Origin: an uncultured virus (IMG/VR IMGVR_UViG_2568526633_000001)
Lineage: Duplodnaviria > Heunggongvirae > Uroviricota > Caudoviricetes
Reading direction: 5' to 3' (one strand)
Virus record (IMG/VR): IMGVR_UViG_2568526633_000001
Length of the DNA: 64,000 nt
The notes below the pieces were generated by a model. That model had not been told where the DNA came from and made no database searches. It saw nothing but the letters and a program-made list of their open reading frames with translations. Both the position numbers and the translations under genes were made by a program. Positions 51,291-61,463 of the stretch are shown one piece after another. The stretch's first letter is position 1. Each line of letters opens with the position of its first letter.

Positions 51291-54200
51291 TGATTTTATA
51301 TGAGAAAACTGAATCAAGCTTCAATCATAATGGTCTCGCTGTCCTTGATGATGCTGTTGTAAGCCCTGTTGTTACCGAACAACTCAATGGGCTTTTTTCT
51401 TTGGAATTTGACTATCCCATTCATGCTAAGGCGAGCGACAAACTTCGACCAGAGATGATTGTGAAATGCCCTGTGCCTGAACTTCAAGACCAACTCTTTC
51501 GAATCGTAGAACGTGATGATTCCATTGGTGGTCTTTTGCACATCGTGGCGCACCACATCTTTTACGACTTAGCAAAGAACCTCATTGAAGACACCTATAT
51601 CGTCAACAAGAACGGTAGCGGAGCATTAACTCAACTCTTGGGGGCAACGGCAGTCGGCCACTCATTTACTGGAACTTCCAACATCACAACCGTCAATAAC
51701 GTTCGCTTGGTGCGATTAAATCCAGTCGAAGTCTTGATTGATGCAGATTTGGATAATGGCTATCAAGTGCATTATGGCGGGGAGATTGTTAGGGATAATT
51801 TCTCGATTTCTATGCTTGTCCACCGAGGGAGTGATAATGGTGTTCAGATCCGAGACAAGAAGAATCTGACAGGCTACAAGTCTGATTTGGACTATTCGTC
51901 TATCGTCACTCGCATCATGCCAGAGGGCTATGATGGCTTGTTCTTGCCTGAAAAATATGTCGATAGCCCACTCATCAGCAGCTATGTCAGTCCGAAAATT
52001 AAGGTCATAAAATATGACAACGTCAAAGTCGGTGATGAAGAAGGCGAGTTTGCGACCAAGGAATTGGCTTATGCGGAACTCAGGCGACTCGCAGCACTTG
52101 AATTTACGGTATCTCATATTGATAAACCGACTGCGACCTATGATGTGGAATTTGCCCCACTTGAGCGAACGGAGGAATACAAGGAGTTTTCAAGTCTTGA
52201 GACGATTAATCTTGGGGATACTGTTTCTGTCATTCACGCAGATGACGGCTTTAGTGTGACCGCTCGAATGGTTGAGTATAGGTATGACCCCATTTTGAAA
52301 GCATTCATTTCTATCACGCTTGGGAACGTCATGCCGAAATTCACCGATGTGGCAAAGGACATCAAGAAAGTCGATACCAAGGTTGAACAAGCCAAGGATG
52401 ATGCCAACTACGCCTTGACTGCGGCTAACGGCAAGAATACCAACTTCTATGGTCCGGATACGCCAGCCAATCCAAAGTTAGGAGACGTTTGGTACAAAGA
52501 GAATGGCGACAAACTTGAAATGTGGGTTTATGAAAGCCGTGATGGTGTGACTCAGTGGTATGCCTTAGCCAATGACCTGACAGCAGAAGAAGTCAAACAA
52601 GCAGTTGCTCAAGCTCAGGAAGAATCAGCTGATGCGCTTGAAAAAGCCAATAATGCCTTTGATGAAGCAGTGAACGCTTTGGAAAATGCAAATCAAGCCA
52701 ACTCAACGGCAAATTCTGCCAGCCAGCTCGCTGATTCAGCGTTTAACAAATCAGTGAAATCGTCAGTAGTCACTTATGCGGTTGGGACAAGTGGAACTAC
52801 TGCCCCAACGTCAGGGTGGCAAAGCACCGTACCATCTGTTTCTTCAACTCAGTACCTGTGGACGAGAACTGTGTTTACACTTCAAGATAACTCTGCCACA
52901 ACTTCATACTCGGTTTCAAAGCAAGGCACAAAAGGGGACAGAGGTGATACAGGGGCCACTGGAGCAACCGGTGCAACAGGTAGCCCTGGTACTCCGGGGC
53001 AAAACGCACCAACGATTACGTCAGTTCGAGAGCAGTTTTACCTCTCGACTTCAAATACCAGTCAAACAGGAGGATCGTGGTCAAATACCATTCCTACTTG
53101 GTCGAGTGGCAAGTATTACTGGACAAGAGTGGTGACGACTTATTCGGATAGCTCAACTACAACCTCAACGGCAGTTCTTGACCAAGGGTTGAATCAATCC
53201 TTGGTATCAGCTCTTGAAGCAAAGTCTGTTACTGAAACCTTAACCACTACCGTAAATCAGCATGCCACAAAAATTGAACTGGCTGCGACCAACATTACCA
53301 ACCTTCAAGGACGAATGACGACAGCCGAGTCGACACTCACCGTTCAGGCAGGTCAGATAGCTGCCAAAGCGAGTCAAACTTCGGTGGATAGCTTAACCGG
53401 CAGAATCTCAAGTGCCGAAGCAAGTCTGACGGTTCAAGCAGGGGAAATCGTATCAAAGGCAAGTCAAAGTTCCGTTGATGCGTTGACAGGGAGGGTGACA
53501 TCAGCCGAAACATTGATTCAACAAACCTCCGATACCATGCTTTTGAAAGTCTCTGAACTCCAAGATGAAATCGGTATTCCTTTCAAAGTCAAGAATTGGG
53601 AACAAGGGTCACTTAGCACGAGTGATGGTTCAGAGATAACTGCTACTAACTATATCCGCTCAGAGTTCATCGATGTGGAGTCGGGTGATAAGTATATTGC
53701 TCAACGAAGAGATGGGACATCAGTTACGTTTTACTATCACTTTTATGGTTTCACTTTACCCTATGTGGACTATGTGCCAGCTGCCAAGCAGTATGTCGAG
53801 AAGTTAGCAGTTGGAACGTATGACAACACCACAATCCTTGATTACCTCAATTCGAAAAATGTGGAGACTTTGTCTATCACAGGCTCAGTAACATCAAACC
53901 CATATGCCTCGGCTGAGGACTATCTGGCAATTTACAAATTACCTTTAGACGGTCGAGTTTTTCCGAACACCATCACTTGGAATGGACGAAAAGACACGTC
54001 CGACAATATCGTCCTACTTTACATCGGTGGTGTGTGGGAGCAGATTGATGTGGTAACAAATAGTAGTAACGCTATCCACCAATGGACATTATCTGATTCA
54101 CAGATTGCGGGTATGCCAACGGATGCGATTTATATTGCCTTCTTTTCTATCAAGAACGGCTCGTATGCGGGGATTTATAATGCGACCACTTCGCCATTTA

Positions 54201-55339
54201 CCCTGAACCCGATGGACGAGTTAGCTTATGTACAAGTTTCCTATCAAAGCTCATCAAGTACCGTGACCGTTCCAAGCAATGCCCTCAAGATGAGGGTGCG
54301 AGTGAACACCACGACTAAGCCTGATGATTATGATGGGAATGTTTTCTCAGCTACAGCAAGGGCGGATTACTCCAAAGCCAATACTGTCTATTCAGCAATT
54401 CTCATGCAAAAGGACATCATCAACCTTCGAGTTGGAAAAGGGGATGTGATTAACCAAATCAACCTCTCCCCTGAAAGCATCTTGATCGCCGGAAATAAAG
54501 TCCATATCACAGGGGAAACCACCATTGATAGTGGAATTATCACATCAGCAATGATCGGGAGTGCAGCCATTACCACAGCGAAGATTGCGGATGCGGCTAT
54601 TACAAGTGCGAAAATCGCCAGTCTTGATGCAGGGAAGATTACGACAGGAACGTTGTCTGCTAGTCGCATAGCTGCAAGTTCTATTACGGCTGATAAGCTT
54701 GCAGCCAATATACTCACAGCGATTACAGCAAGTAATTCCATCCGAATCACAGGGACAACCATTGGCTATTACTCAGGAAGTACACTCGTCACAGAAATTA
54801 ACTCACAGGGAATGACCATTAGACGTGGTGGAACAACAGTCGGAACGATTGGAGCGAATAACATCAGTGGTCATAGTGATTGGCGAGGTTTGGTGTTTGA
54901 CCTTGAATATGGGACAGAGTACATGGCTTGGGCGCACATGGATAGTTCAGGTGCGAGTAGCTACACGACCAAACTAATCTGGTACTCTCGGACACTTGAA
55001 ACCAACAAGGAGAAGGGATTTCATTTTGATGATGATGTCTGGCTTAACGGCACGATTAAATTATCAGGTGGGCATACGATTAGCCTGAATGGCATCACCT
55101 TCAGTTCGTCACTTTATACCCGAATTGGGAATAGTGGTGGTAGTGCAGGGATTGCTTTTAACGGCTCTAATTTATTCCTTGGGGATGATGGTACCTGGGT
55201 TGACTTTGGTATCATCCGTGAAATCTGTAAAAAGCTTGCTGGAAGAACGATTGCCTTACCAACTGGTTTTAACAGTAATGGGACGGCCAGTGGTTGGTAT
55301 AATGCTCAGTCGTTTAACCCTATGACAACATATTCATAA
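51287..55339 (+). CDS. Tail-associated lysin/spike-fibre protein with a collagen-like segment
   Basis: Tal-like N-terminus (NGL..L, YGGEI.RDNF), G-X-Y run, YxWTR repeats, gp58-like INQINLS segment. Confidence 0.85.
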   Translation: MMILYEKTESSFNHNGLAVLDDAVVSPVVTEQLNGLFSLEFDYPIHAKASDKLRPEMIVKCPVPELQDQLFRIVERDDSIGGLLHIVAHHIFYDLAKNLIEDTYIVNKNGSGALTQLLGATAVGHSFTGTSNITTVNNVRLVRLNPVEVLIDADLDNGYQVHYGGEIVRDNFSISMLVHRGSDNGVQIRDKKNLTGYKSDLDYSSIVTRIMPEGYDGLFLPEKYVDSPLISSYVSPKIKVIKYDNVKVGDEEGEFATKELAYAELRRLAALEFTVSHIDKPTATYDVEFAPLERTEEYKEFSSLETINLGDTVSVIHADDGFSVTARMVEYRYDPILKAFISITLGNVMPKFTDVAKDIKKVDTKVEQAKDDANYALTAANGKNTNFYGPDTPANPKLGDVWYKENGDKLEMWVYESRDGVTQWYALANDLTAEEVKQAVAQAQEESADALEKANNAFDEAVNALENANQANSTANSASQLADSAFNKSVKSSVVTYAVGTSGTTAPTSGWQSTVPSVSSTQYLWTRTVFTLQDNSATTSYSVSKQGTKGDRGDTGATGATGATGSPGTPGQNAPTITSVREQFYLSTSNTSQTGGSWSNTIPTWSSGKYYWTRVVTTYSDSSTTTSTAVLDQGLNQSLVSALEAKSVTETLTTTVNQHATKIELAATNITNLQGRMTTAESTLTVQAGQIAAKASQTSVDSLTGRISSAEASLTVQAGEIVSKASQSSVDALTGRVTSAETLIQQTSDTMLLKVSELQDEIGIPFKVKNWEQGSLSTSDGSEITATNYIRSEFIDVESGDKYIAQRRDGTSVTFYYHFYGFTLPYVDYVPAAKQYVEKLAVGTYDNTTILDYLNSKNVETLSITGSVTSNPYASAEDYLAIYKLPLDGRVFPNTITWNGRKDTSDNIVLLYIGGVWEQIDVVTNSSNAIHQWTLSDSQIAGMPTDAIYIAFFSIKNGSYAGIYNATTSPFTLNPMDELAYVQVSYQSSSSTVTVPSNALKMRVRVNTTTKPDDYDGNVFSATARADYSKANTVYSAILMQKDIINLRVGKGDVINQINLSPESILIAGNKVHITGETTIDSGIITSAMIGSAAITTAKIADAAITSAKIASLDAGKITTGTLSASRIAASSITADKLAANILTAITASNSIRITGTTIGYYSGSTLVTEINSQGMTIRRGGTTVGTIGANNISGHSDWRGLVFDLEYGTEYMAWAHMDSSGASSYTTKLIWYSRTLETNKEKGFHFDDDVWLNGTIKLSGGHTISLNGITFSSSLYTRIGNSGGSAGIAFNGSNLFLGDDGTWVDFGIIREICKKLAGRTIALPTGFNSNGTASGWYNAQSFNPMTTYS

Positions 55340-55351
55340 TGGGAGGGAACA

Positions 55352-55513
55352 ATGGAAAATGAAGAAGAATTAGTGGTTTTGCCACATGTTGAAACAGTCG
55401 AAGAACCTGAATCATGTTCTACAGATATGGTCGAACTATTGACCTTGGTCGTTGATGACCTCTGCGTGCAAGTCGGGAAATTGAAGGAGGAACTCAAGAA
55501 TGCTAAAGATTAG
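55352..55513 (+). CDS. Small acidic phage protein (53 aa, absent from the ORF track)
   Basis: GGAGGG RBS, MENEEELVVLP...; overlaps the next start. Confidence 0.55.
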   Translation: MENEEELVVLPHVETVEEPESCSTDMVELLTLVVDDLCVQVGKLKEELKNAKD

Positions 55514-55919
55514 AAACGAAGAACTGGTTGATGTGATTACCTTCCTTGAAGGATTTGAACTTCAACCGAAAGTCAGTCGGGTGCGAACGAAACTCGTCAA
55601 GCTCATCCGAACTAAGATCGACGAGCTGTACAAGGACGAGATTGATTTGTTACAACGTTTTGGGAAGAAAGACGAGGAGGGGAATCTCGTCCAAGACAAT
55701 GGGAACTTTTCGTTGCTACCTGAAACGGCAGTTGAATATCATAAAGAAAAGGCAGATTTGTTAAACGAAGACTCCGTTATTGATGTAGCGGAACTTCATG
55801 ACAAACTGCCTTTATTGATTGGTGGCTTAGAAGATAGCGAGGTCAAGGTTTCAGGCAAAGATGCAGAGGCCTTAGAACTCGTCTTGGAATTATTGGAAAT
55901 AGAAGTTAAAGGCGTTTAG
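55500..55919 (+). CDS. DUF1617-like phage protein
   Basis: SRVRTKL...DEEGN motif; position before the holin. Confidence 0.7.
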   Translation: MLKIRNEELVDVITFLEGFELQPKVSRVRTKLVKLIRTKIDELYKDEIDLLQRFGKKDEEGNLVQDNGNFSLLPETAVEYHKEKADLLNEDSVIDVAELHDKLPLLIGGLEDSEVKVSGKDAEALELVLELLEIEVKGV

Positions 55920-55965
55920 GCGAAAGTCTAGATGCCTTTTTTGAATACAGAAATGGAGGAATGAC

Positions 55966-56382
55966 ATGATGAAACAGACATGGAATTTGATTCAGACAGG
56001 CTTTGTGGCAACAGGTGGTCTGGTTGGTTGGTATCTGGGAGGTTTTGATGCCTCGCTTTATACCTTGCTTGCCTTTGTGGTGGTGGACTACATCACAGGG
56101 GTCTTGCGTGCGATCAACGAGAAGAAGGTTTCAAGCCGTATTGGGGCAAAGGGTATCACAAAGAAGATTTTGATTTTCTTGTTGGTGGGTGTCGGTCACA
56201 TGCTCGACTTGGAGCTGAAAACAGGGAACGTCCTACGTGATGCAGTGATTTTCTTCTACATCTCAAACGAGGGAATCTCACTTTTAGAAAATGCCGTAAG
56301 CATTGGCTTGCCTGTGCCTGAAAAAGTCAAAGAAGCACTCAAACAATTACATGGTAAGGAGGATAACGAAAATGGGAATTAG
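55966..56382 (+). CDS. Holin (toxin secretion/phage lysis family)
   Basis: DYITG, NEGISLLEN, GLPVP. Confidence 0.9.
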   Translation: MMKQTWNLIQTGFVATGGLVGWYLGGFDASLYTLLAFVVVDYITGVLRAINEKKVSSRIGAKGITKKILIFLLVGVGHMLDLELKTGNVLRDAVIFFYISNEGISLLENAVSIGLPVPEKVKEALKQLHGKEDNENGN

Positions 56383-57292
56383 TAGTTTAGCCACAAAATA
56401 TGGCTTTCAATCGTTCCCTCACTACTCATCGGGACGTAGTGGGGCGAAGGTCAATAAAATCGTCATCCATCACATGGCAGGCACGAACTATGACATCGTG
56501 CCAAGTATCTGGCAGACCCGTGAGGCCTCAGCGCATTACGGGATTGGCAAAAACGGAGAAATTCGTGCCTATGTGGATGAAAACAATACGGCATGGCACG
56601 CGGGTAACTGGAATGCCAATATCTCGAGTATTGGGATTGAAAACTGCAACTCCAATGGCTCACCATCATGGAGTGTGAATCAAGCCACCATTGATGCGTG
56701 CGCCAAGTTAGTGGCGGATATCGCCAAACGTCACGGTCTTGGAAAGCTAGTGGTGAATCAGAACTTGTTCCCACACAGCTATTTTTCAAGCACCTCGTGT
56801 CCCGGTGTTCTTTTAGATAAACTGCAGTACATTGCGGACAAAGCAAACGCGATTAATACTGGTGGCGGTTCATCAACTCCAAGCAAGCCAACCGCAGGAC
56901 TTTATCGTGTTCGAAAATCATGGGCGGATGCCAAGACTCAGATCGGAGCATTCAAGGATCTAGCGAATGCCAAAGCCTGCGCTGACCGAAACAAAGGCTA
57001 TTCTGTCTATGATGAATCCGGAAAGGCTATTTATCCAACAGGTGGCGGTTCATCAACCCCAACAACCAAGAAACTCGTGGTCCAAGTGAACGGCTTGAAT
57101 GTCCGTAATCGTCCTTCACTCAGTGGCACGGTAGTCGGTACTTATAACAAGGGCGCGACATGGACACTGCCCAAGTCAGAACAACTGACAATCGCGGATG
57201 GTTGGGTATGGGCTCGTTGTCCTATCGGCTATTGTGCCGTCGGGAAGAATACTGGCAAGACTGAGCCGGATGACTATATCTTAATTTCATAG
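56372..57292 (+). CDS. Endolysin, Amidase_2 with C-terminal cell-wall-binding domains (including SH3b-like)
   Basis: IVIHH, SAHY, AWHAG, SIGIE, TSCPG; YRVRKSW and LNVRNRPS domains. Confidence 0.92.
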   Translation: MGISSLATKYGFQSFPHYSSGRSGAKVNKIVIHHMAGTNYDIVPSIWQTREASAHYGIGKNGEIRAYVDENNTAWHAGNWNANISSIGIENCNSNGSPSWSVNQATIDACAKLVADIAKRHGLGKLVVNQNLFPHSYFSSTSCPGVLLDKLQYIADKANAINTGGGSSTPSKPTAGLYRVRKSWADAKTQIGAFKDLANAKACADRNKGYSVYDESGKAIYPTGGGSSTPTTKKLVVQVNGLNVRNRPSLSGTVVGTYNKGATWTLPKSEQLTIADGWVWARCPIGYCAVGKNTGKTEPDDYILIS

Positions 57293-57302
57293 CCAAACGA
57301 AT

Positions 57303-57344
57303 AAACCTGCAAGAGTGATTAATTTCATTCTTGCAGGCTTTTTT
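57303..57344 (+). terminator. Terminator after the lysis module
   Basis: CCTGCAAGAGTG / CATTCTTGCAGG plus T-run. Confidence 0.8.
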
Positions 57345-57356
57345 GCTTTTTTTCAG

Positions 57357-57392
57357 AGTTAGGGTTTACTTTTTGAGATTTTCGACGCCTGT
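57357..57392 (+). promoter_or_regulatory. Conserved 36-bp motif, copy 3
   Basis: AGTTAGGGTTTACTTTT-TGA-GATTTTCGACGCCTGT. Confidence 0.85.
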
Positions 57393-57412
57393 AACTTGAG
57401 GAGGGATAACCC

Positions 57413-57817
57413 ATGAACGAGTTACAGAAAGAAAAAATCAAAGAATTAAGGAAATCAGGCTATGGCTACAAACGAGTGGCTACTGAATTGGGAATATCCA
57501 TTAACACCATAAAATCATTTTGTAGAAAAGAAGGGCTTAATGGAGTTAAGGGAACAGTTCGGTCACTAGATGTCTGTCTTACCTGTGGATCTGCTTTGCC
57601 AATATCAAAAACCAAGAAACGAAAATTCTGTTCTAAAGAATGCCGTGAGAAGTGGTGGAGCAAAAATCGAAATAAACTAAATAAGAAGAAGGCTCGAATC
57701 GAACATTGCCTATCTTGTGGCAAGGAAATGAGACTTTATGAGTTTGAAAAGCGGAAATTTTGCTCTCATGCTTGCTACATTGAATCACGATTCGGAGGTG
57801 GTGCTCATCATGAATAA
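57413..57817 (+). CDS. HTH plus Zn-finger protein upstream of the recombinases (possible directionality factor)
   Basis: GYGYKRVATELGISINTIKSFC HTH; two CxxC...FCS..C units. Confidence 0.7.
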   Translation: MNELQKEKIKELRKSGYGYKRVATELGISINTIKSFCRKEGLNGVKGTVRSLDVCLTCGSALPISKTKKRKFCSKECREKWWSKNRNKLNKKKARIEHCLSCGKEMRLYEFEKRKFCSHACYIESRFGGGAHHE

Positions 57818-57974
57818 GCAACTTATCCGGAATGAAATGCTATATCAAATGAGCATTCAACCTGCCAAAATCATGCTTGAAAAAAGTCTCATCACCAAGG
57901 TGGAGTTCAAGAAAATGAAGGCCTTCCTCCTTCAGAAATATGAGCCGATAATCCCGTCATTATTGGATTTATGA
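57810..57974 (+). CDS. SHOCT-like small protein
   Basis: MLEKSLITKVEF...LLQKYEP. Confidence 0.6.
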   Translation: MNKQLIRNEMLYQMSIQPAKIMLEKSLITKVEFKKMKAFLLQKYEPIIPSLLDL

Positions 57975-58005
57975 CTTGATATAAGTGTCGAAAAGAGTGA
58001 TGTAT
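57974..58005 (+). promoter_or_regulatory. Second conserved motif, copy 2
   Basis: ACTTGATATAA-N10-GAGTGATGTAT. Confidence 0.65.
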
Positions 58006-58032
58006 AGGTGTGTAGGAAGGAGGATTTACACC

Positions 58033-59805
58033 ATGAAGGTAATACAAAAGATTGAACCGACAAAGCCTAAAATCGCCAAGCGAAAACGTGTGGCAGCCTA
58101 TGCTCGGGTCTCCGTTGATAAGGGCAGAACCATGCACTCACTCTCGGCACAGGTCAGTTACTACTCAAAACTGATTCAGAAGAACCCTGATTGGGAATAC
58201 GTGGGTGTTTACTCAGATGGCGGAATTTCAGGAAGAACAACTGAATCCAGAAATGAATTTAAGCGCCTCATCAAAGACTGTAAGGACGGCAAGGTGGATA
58301 TTATCCTAACGAAGTCCATCAGCCGATTTGCGAGGAACACTGTTGATTTGTTGGAAACCGTCCGCGATCTCAGAGCCATTAACGTTGAGGTGCGGTTTGA
58401 GAAAGAGAATATCCACTCCCTCAGTGGTGATGGTGAGCTGATGCTTTCAATCTTGGCATCTTTCGCTCAAGAAGAAAGTCGCAGTATCTCCAACAACATC
58501 AAATGGTCAATTCAGAAACGGTTTAAGGAAGGTAAACACAATGGACGTTTTAACATTTACGGTTATCGTTGGGTGGGGCAGGAGTTGATAGTTGAACCGA
58601 GTGAAGCTGAGAACATCAAGTTGATGTACGCAAACTACATGAACGGTTTGTCCGCAGAGTTCACAGCAAAGCAACTCACGAAAATGGGCGTGACAGCCAT
58701 GAAGGGTGGACCATTTAAGGCAACATCTGTCAGGCAAATCTTGAAGAACATCACTTACACGGGCAACCTACTTTTACAAAAGGAGTATACGCCAGATCCT
58801 ATAACAGGAAAATCGAGATATAACAACGGTGAAATGCCACAATACTTTGTTGAGAATCATCATGAAGCAATTATCCCTATGGAGGAATGGCAGGCGGTTC
58901 AAGATGAGCGGTTGAAACGAAGAAAACTCGGTGCTCGTGCTAATAAGTCGATTAACACCACTTGTTTTACATCAAAAATAAAGTGCGGAAACTGCGGCAA
59001 GAATTTCAGACGAAGTGGAAAACGGCAAGGGAAAAATAAAGAGCTTTATCATATTTGGATTTGTCGTAACAAAAGCGAGAAAGGTGTGAAAGTCTGTAAT
59101 GCTCGGAATATTCCAGAGCCTGCTCTCAAAAAGTATGCAACTGAAGTTCTTGGTTTAGAAGTGTTTGATGAACAAATTTTCATAGACTCGATTGAAGAAA
59201 TCGTTGCCTCAGAAGGGAATATGTTGCAGTTCAAGTTTTATGGGGGCAGAGAGGTTGAGGTTAAATGGACATCTACGGCTCGCAAGGATTACTGGACGCC
59301 AGAGGTCAGACGGGCTTGGAGTGAACGGAACAAACGTAAGGAAAGTAGAACTTGGAACGGCAGAACGACAGAATTCACAGGTTTTGTAGTTTGCGGACGA
59401 TGTGGAGCCAATTATCGAAGGCAAGCTGTAACGTCTAAAACGGATGGCACAGTCAGAAGAAAGTGGCACTGTTCAAATTCAGCTGTAGCTTGTAATGAGG
59501 GTAAGAGTCGAAATTGCATCTACGAAGAGGATTTAAAGGTAATGGTTGCAGAGATTCTTGGAATTCCAACATTCAATGAACCAACAATGGATGAAAAGCT
59601 ATCTCGAATCAGTATCATCGACACTGAAGTAACTTTTCATTTTAAAGATGGTCATGATGAAGTCAGAACTTTTGAGATACCTAAAAAGAAGGCGAGAACC
59701 TTTTCAGAAGAAGAACGTGCCAGGCGAAGATTAGTTATGAAGAAACGATGGGAGGAGAAGAAACGTGACGAAGAAAGTAACAACGATACCAGCGACAATC
59801 ACTAA
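58033..59805 (+). CDS. Large serine recombinase 1 (duplicated Zn-ribbon)
   Basis: YARVS, SISRFARN, recombinase domain, two CGxCG...WxC units. Confidence 0.93.
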   Translation: MKVIQKIEPTKPKIAKRKRVAAYARVSVDKGRTMHSLSAQVSYYSKLIQKNPDWEYVGVYSDGGISGRTTESRNEFKRLIKDCKDGKVDIILTKSISRFARNTVDLLETVRDLRAINVEVRFEKENIHSLSGDGELMLSILASFAQEESRSISNNIKWSIQKRFKEGKHNGRFNIYGYRWVGQELIVEPSEAENIKLMYANYMNGLSAEFTAKQLTKMGVTAMKGGPFKATSVRQILKNITYTGNLLLQKEYTPDPITGKSRYNNGEMPQYFVENHHEAIIPMEEWQAVQDERLKRRKLGARANKSINTTCFTSKIKCGNCGKNFRRSGKRQGKNKELYHIWICRNKSEKGVKVCNARNIPEPALKKYATEVLGLEVFDEQIFIDSIEEIVASEGNMLQFKFYGGREVEVKWTSTARKDYWTPEVRRAWSERNKRKESRTWNGRTTEFTGFVVCGRCGANYRRQAVTSKTDGTVRRKWHCSNSAVACNEGKSRNCIYEEDLKVMVAEILGIPTFNEPTMDEKLSRISIIDTEVTFHFKDGHDEVRTFEIPKKKARTFSEEERARRRLVMKKRWEEKKRDEESNNDTSDNH

Positions 59806-61339
59806 ATTCAGTCAGACACCAATTAACCGTGTCACCAAAAGACGAGTGGCGGCTTACGCTCGTGTGTCAACTGAACAAGAAGAACAGCAGACTAGCTATG
59901 AGGCGCAGATTGATTACTACACCAACTACATTAGCGGTCGGGAGGATTGGGAGTTTGCGGGCATGTATTCGGACGAAGGCATCAGTGCGACCAACACCAA
60001 GAAACGTGTTGGCTTTCAAACCATGGTGACGGATGCCTTGGACGGCAAGATTGACTTGATTGTCACGAAAAGTGTCAGCCGTTTTGCCCGCAACACTGTT
60101 GACTCCTTAACCACGGTTCGCCAACTCAAGGAAAAAGGGGTCGAGATTTATTTCGAGAAAGAAAATATCTGGACACTTGACTCCAAGGGCGAACTCCTCA
60201 TCACGATTATGTCGAGCTTGGCTCAAGAGGAAAGTCGAAGTATTTCTGAGAACGTGGTTTGGGGTCAGAGAAAACGATTCGCTGACGGCAAAGTGACCGT
60301 CCCGTTCAAACGTTTCTTGGGTTATGACATGGGTGAGGATCGAAACTTGGTGGTCAACCCTGAGCAAGCCAAGCTCGTCAAACGGATTTATGGGATGTTC
60401 CTTCAAGGCAAAGCCCCGCATACGATAGCGAAGATCCTGACGGAAGAACCAGAAACACTGACACCCGCAGGCAAGCAGAAGTGGAATCCATCCACGATTA
60501 AATCCATCCTGACCAATGAGAAGTACAAGGGTGATGCCTTACTGCAGAAGTCCTACACAGTCGACTTCCTTACTAAAGAGAAGAAAGCCAACGAAGGAGA
60601 AATCCCTCAATACTACGTCAAGGGCAACCACGAAGCCATTATCCAACCTGAGATATTTGACATGGTTCAAAAACAGATGGCTTTACGCACCAAGGGAAAT
60701 AATCGCAGGCGTTCGACCAGCATATTTTCAAGTAAACTGATCTGCGGAGACTGCGGCAACTTTTATGGCTCTAAGGTTTGGCATAGCAATACCAAATACC
60801 GCAGAACCGTCTGGCGGTGTAACCACAAATACGGGAATGACGAGAAGTGTCAAACGCCACATTTGACTGAGGATGAAATCAAGGAAATCTTCATCAAGGC
60901 GACCAACCAATTGGTGGATATGAAAGACGAGGTCATCAGCAACTATGACGAGATGAAGGAGATGTTGTTCGGAACGGTTGACCTTGAAAGCGAGCAAGGA
61001 AAACTTGAAGATGAGCTTAACGAAGTCGCTAGCTTAATTGAGGACTGTATTAACGAGAATGCCAGAGTCGCACTCGACCAATCGGAATACGAGAAACGGT
61101 ATAACAGCTTTGTGGAACGGTTCGACAAAGCGAACGGACGGCTAGAGGAAGTCAAGGTGCAAATTACCGAACGCCAGGCACGAGGGCAACAAATCGAGAT
61201 ATTCTTAAAAGACCTGGAGGAGGTTGGTGTGCTCGAGGAATTCGAAGATGATTTATTCCTTGCATTGGTTGAAAACATTGAGGTTGGAAGGTATAAAGTG
61301 GTGGTCCGGTTCAAGGATGGCACTGAGGTGGAAGGTTAA
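59765..61339 (+). CDS. Large serine recombinase 2
   Basis: YARVST, SVSRFARN, CGDCG Zn ribbon, coiled coil. Confidence 0.93.
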   Translation: MTKKVTTIPATITKFSQTPINRVTKRRVAAYARVSTEQEEQQTSYEAQIDYYTNYISGREDWEFAGMYSDEGISATNTKKRVGFQTMVTDALDGKIDLIVTKSVSRFARNTVDSLTTVRQLKEKGVEIYFEKENIWTLDSKGELLITIMSSLAQEESRSISENVVWGQRKRFADGKVTVPFKRFLGYDMGEDRNLVVNPEQAKLVKRIYGMFLQGKAPHTIAKILTEEPETLTPAGKQKWNPSTIKSILTNEKYKGDALLQKSYTVDFLTKEKKANEGEIPQYYVKGNHEAIIQPEIFDMVQKQMALRTKGNNRRRSTSIFSSKLICGDCGNFYGSKVWHSNTKYRRTVWRCNHKYGNDEKCQTPHLTEDEIKEIFIKATNQLVDMKDEVISNYDEMKEMLFGTVDLESEQGKLEDELNEVASLIEDCINENARVALDQSEYEKRYNSFVERFDKANGRLEEVKVQITERQARGQQIEIFLKDLEEVGVLEEFEDDLFLALVENIEVGRYKVVVRFKDGTEVEG

Positions 61340-61463
61340 GTTAAATTGGGTTGAGGCACTCTTGCTTGATGGCGGGAGTGCTGTTTTTGTGGTATTCAAG
61401 AAAGCGTCTACGTGATATAATATATCGGATAAGGTACTAGAGAAGGGTTAAGGAGTAGAAGAA

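Noticed and set aside
51287..61339. Diversity-generating retroelement or invertible tail-fibre cassette
   Set aside because: No reverse transcriptase, template/variable repeat pair or inverted fibre fragments seen; the recombinases are explained by the att sites
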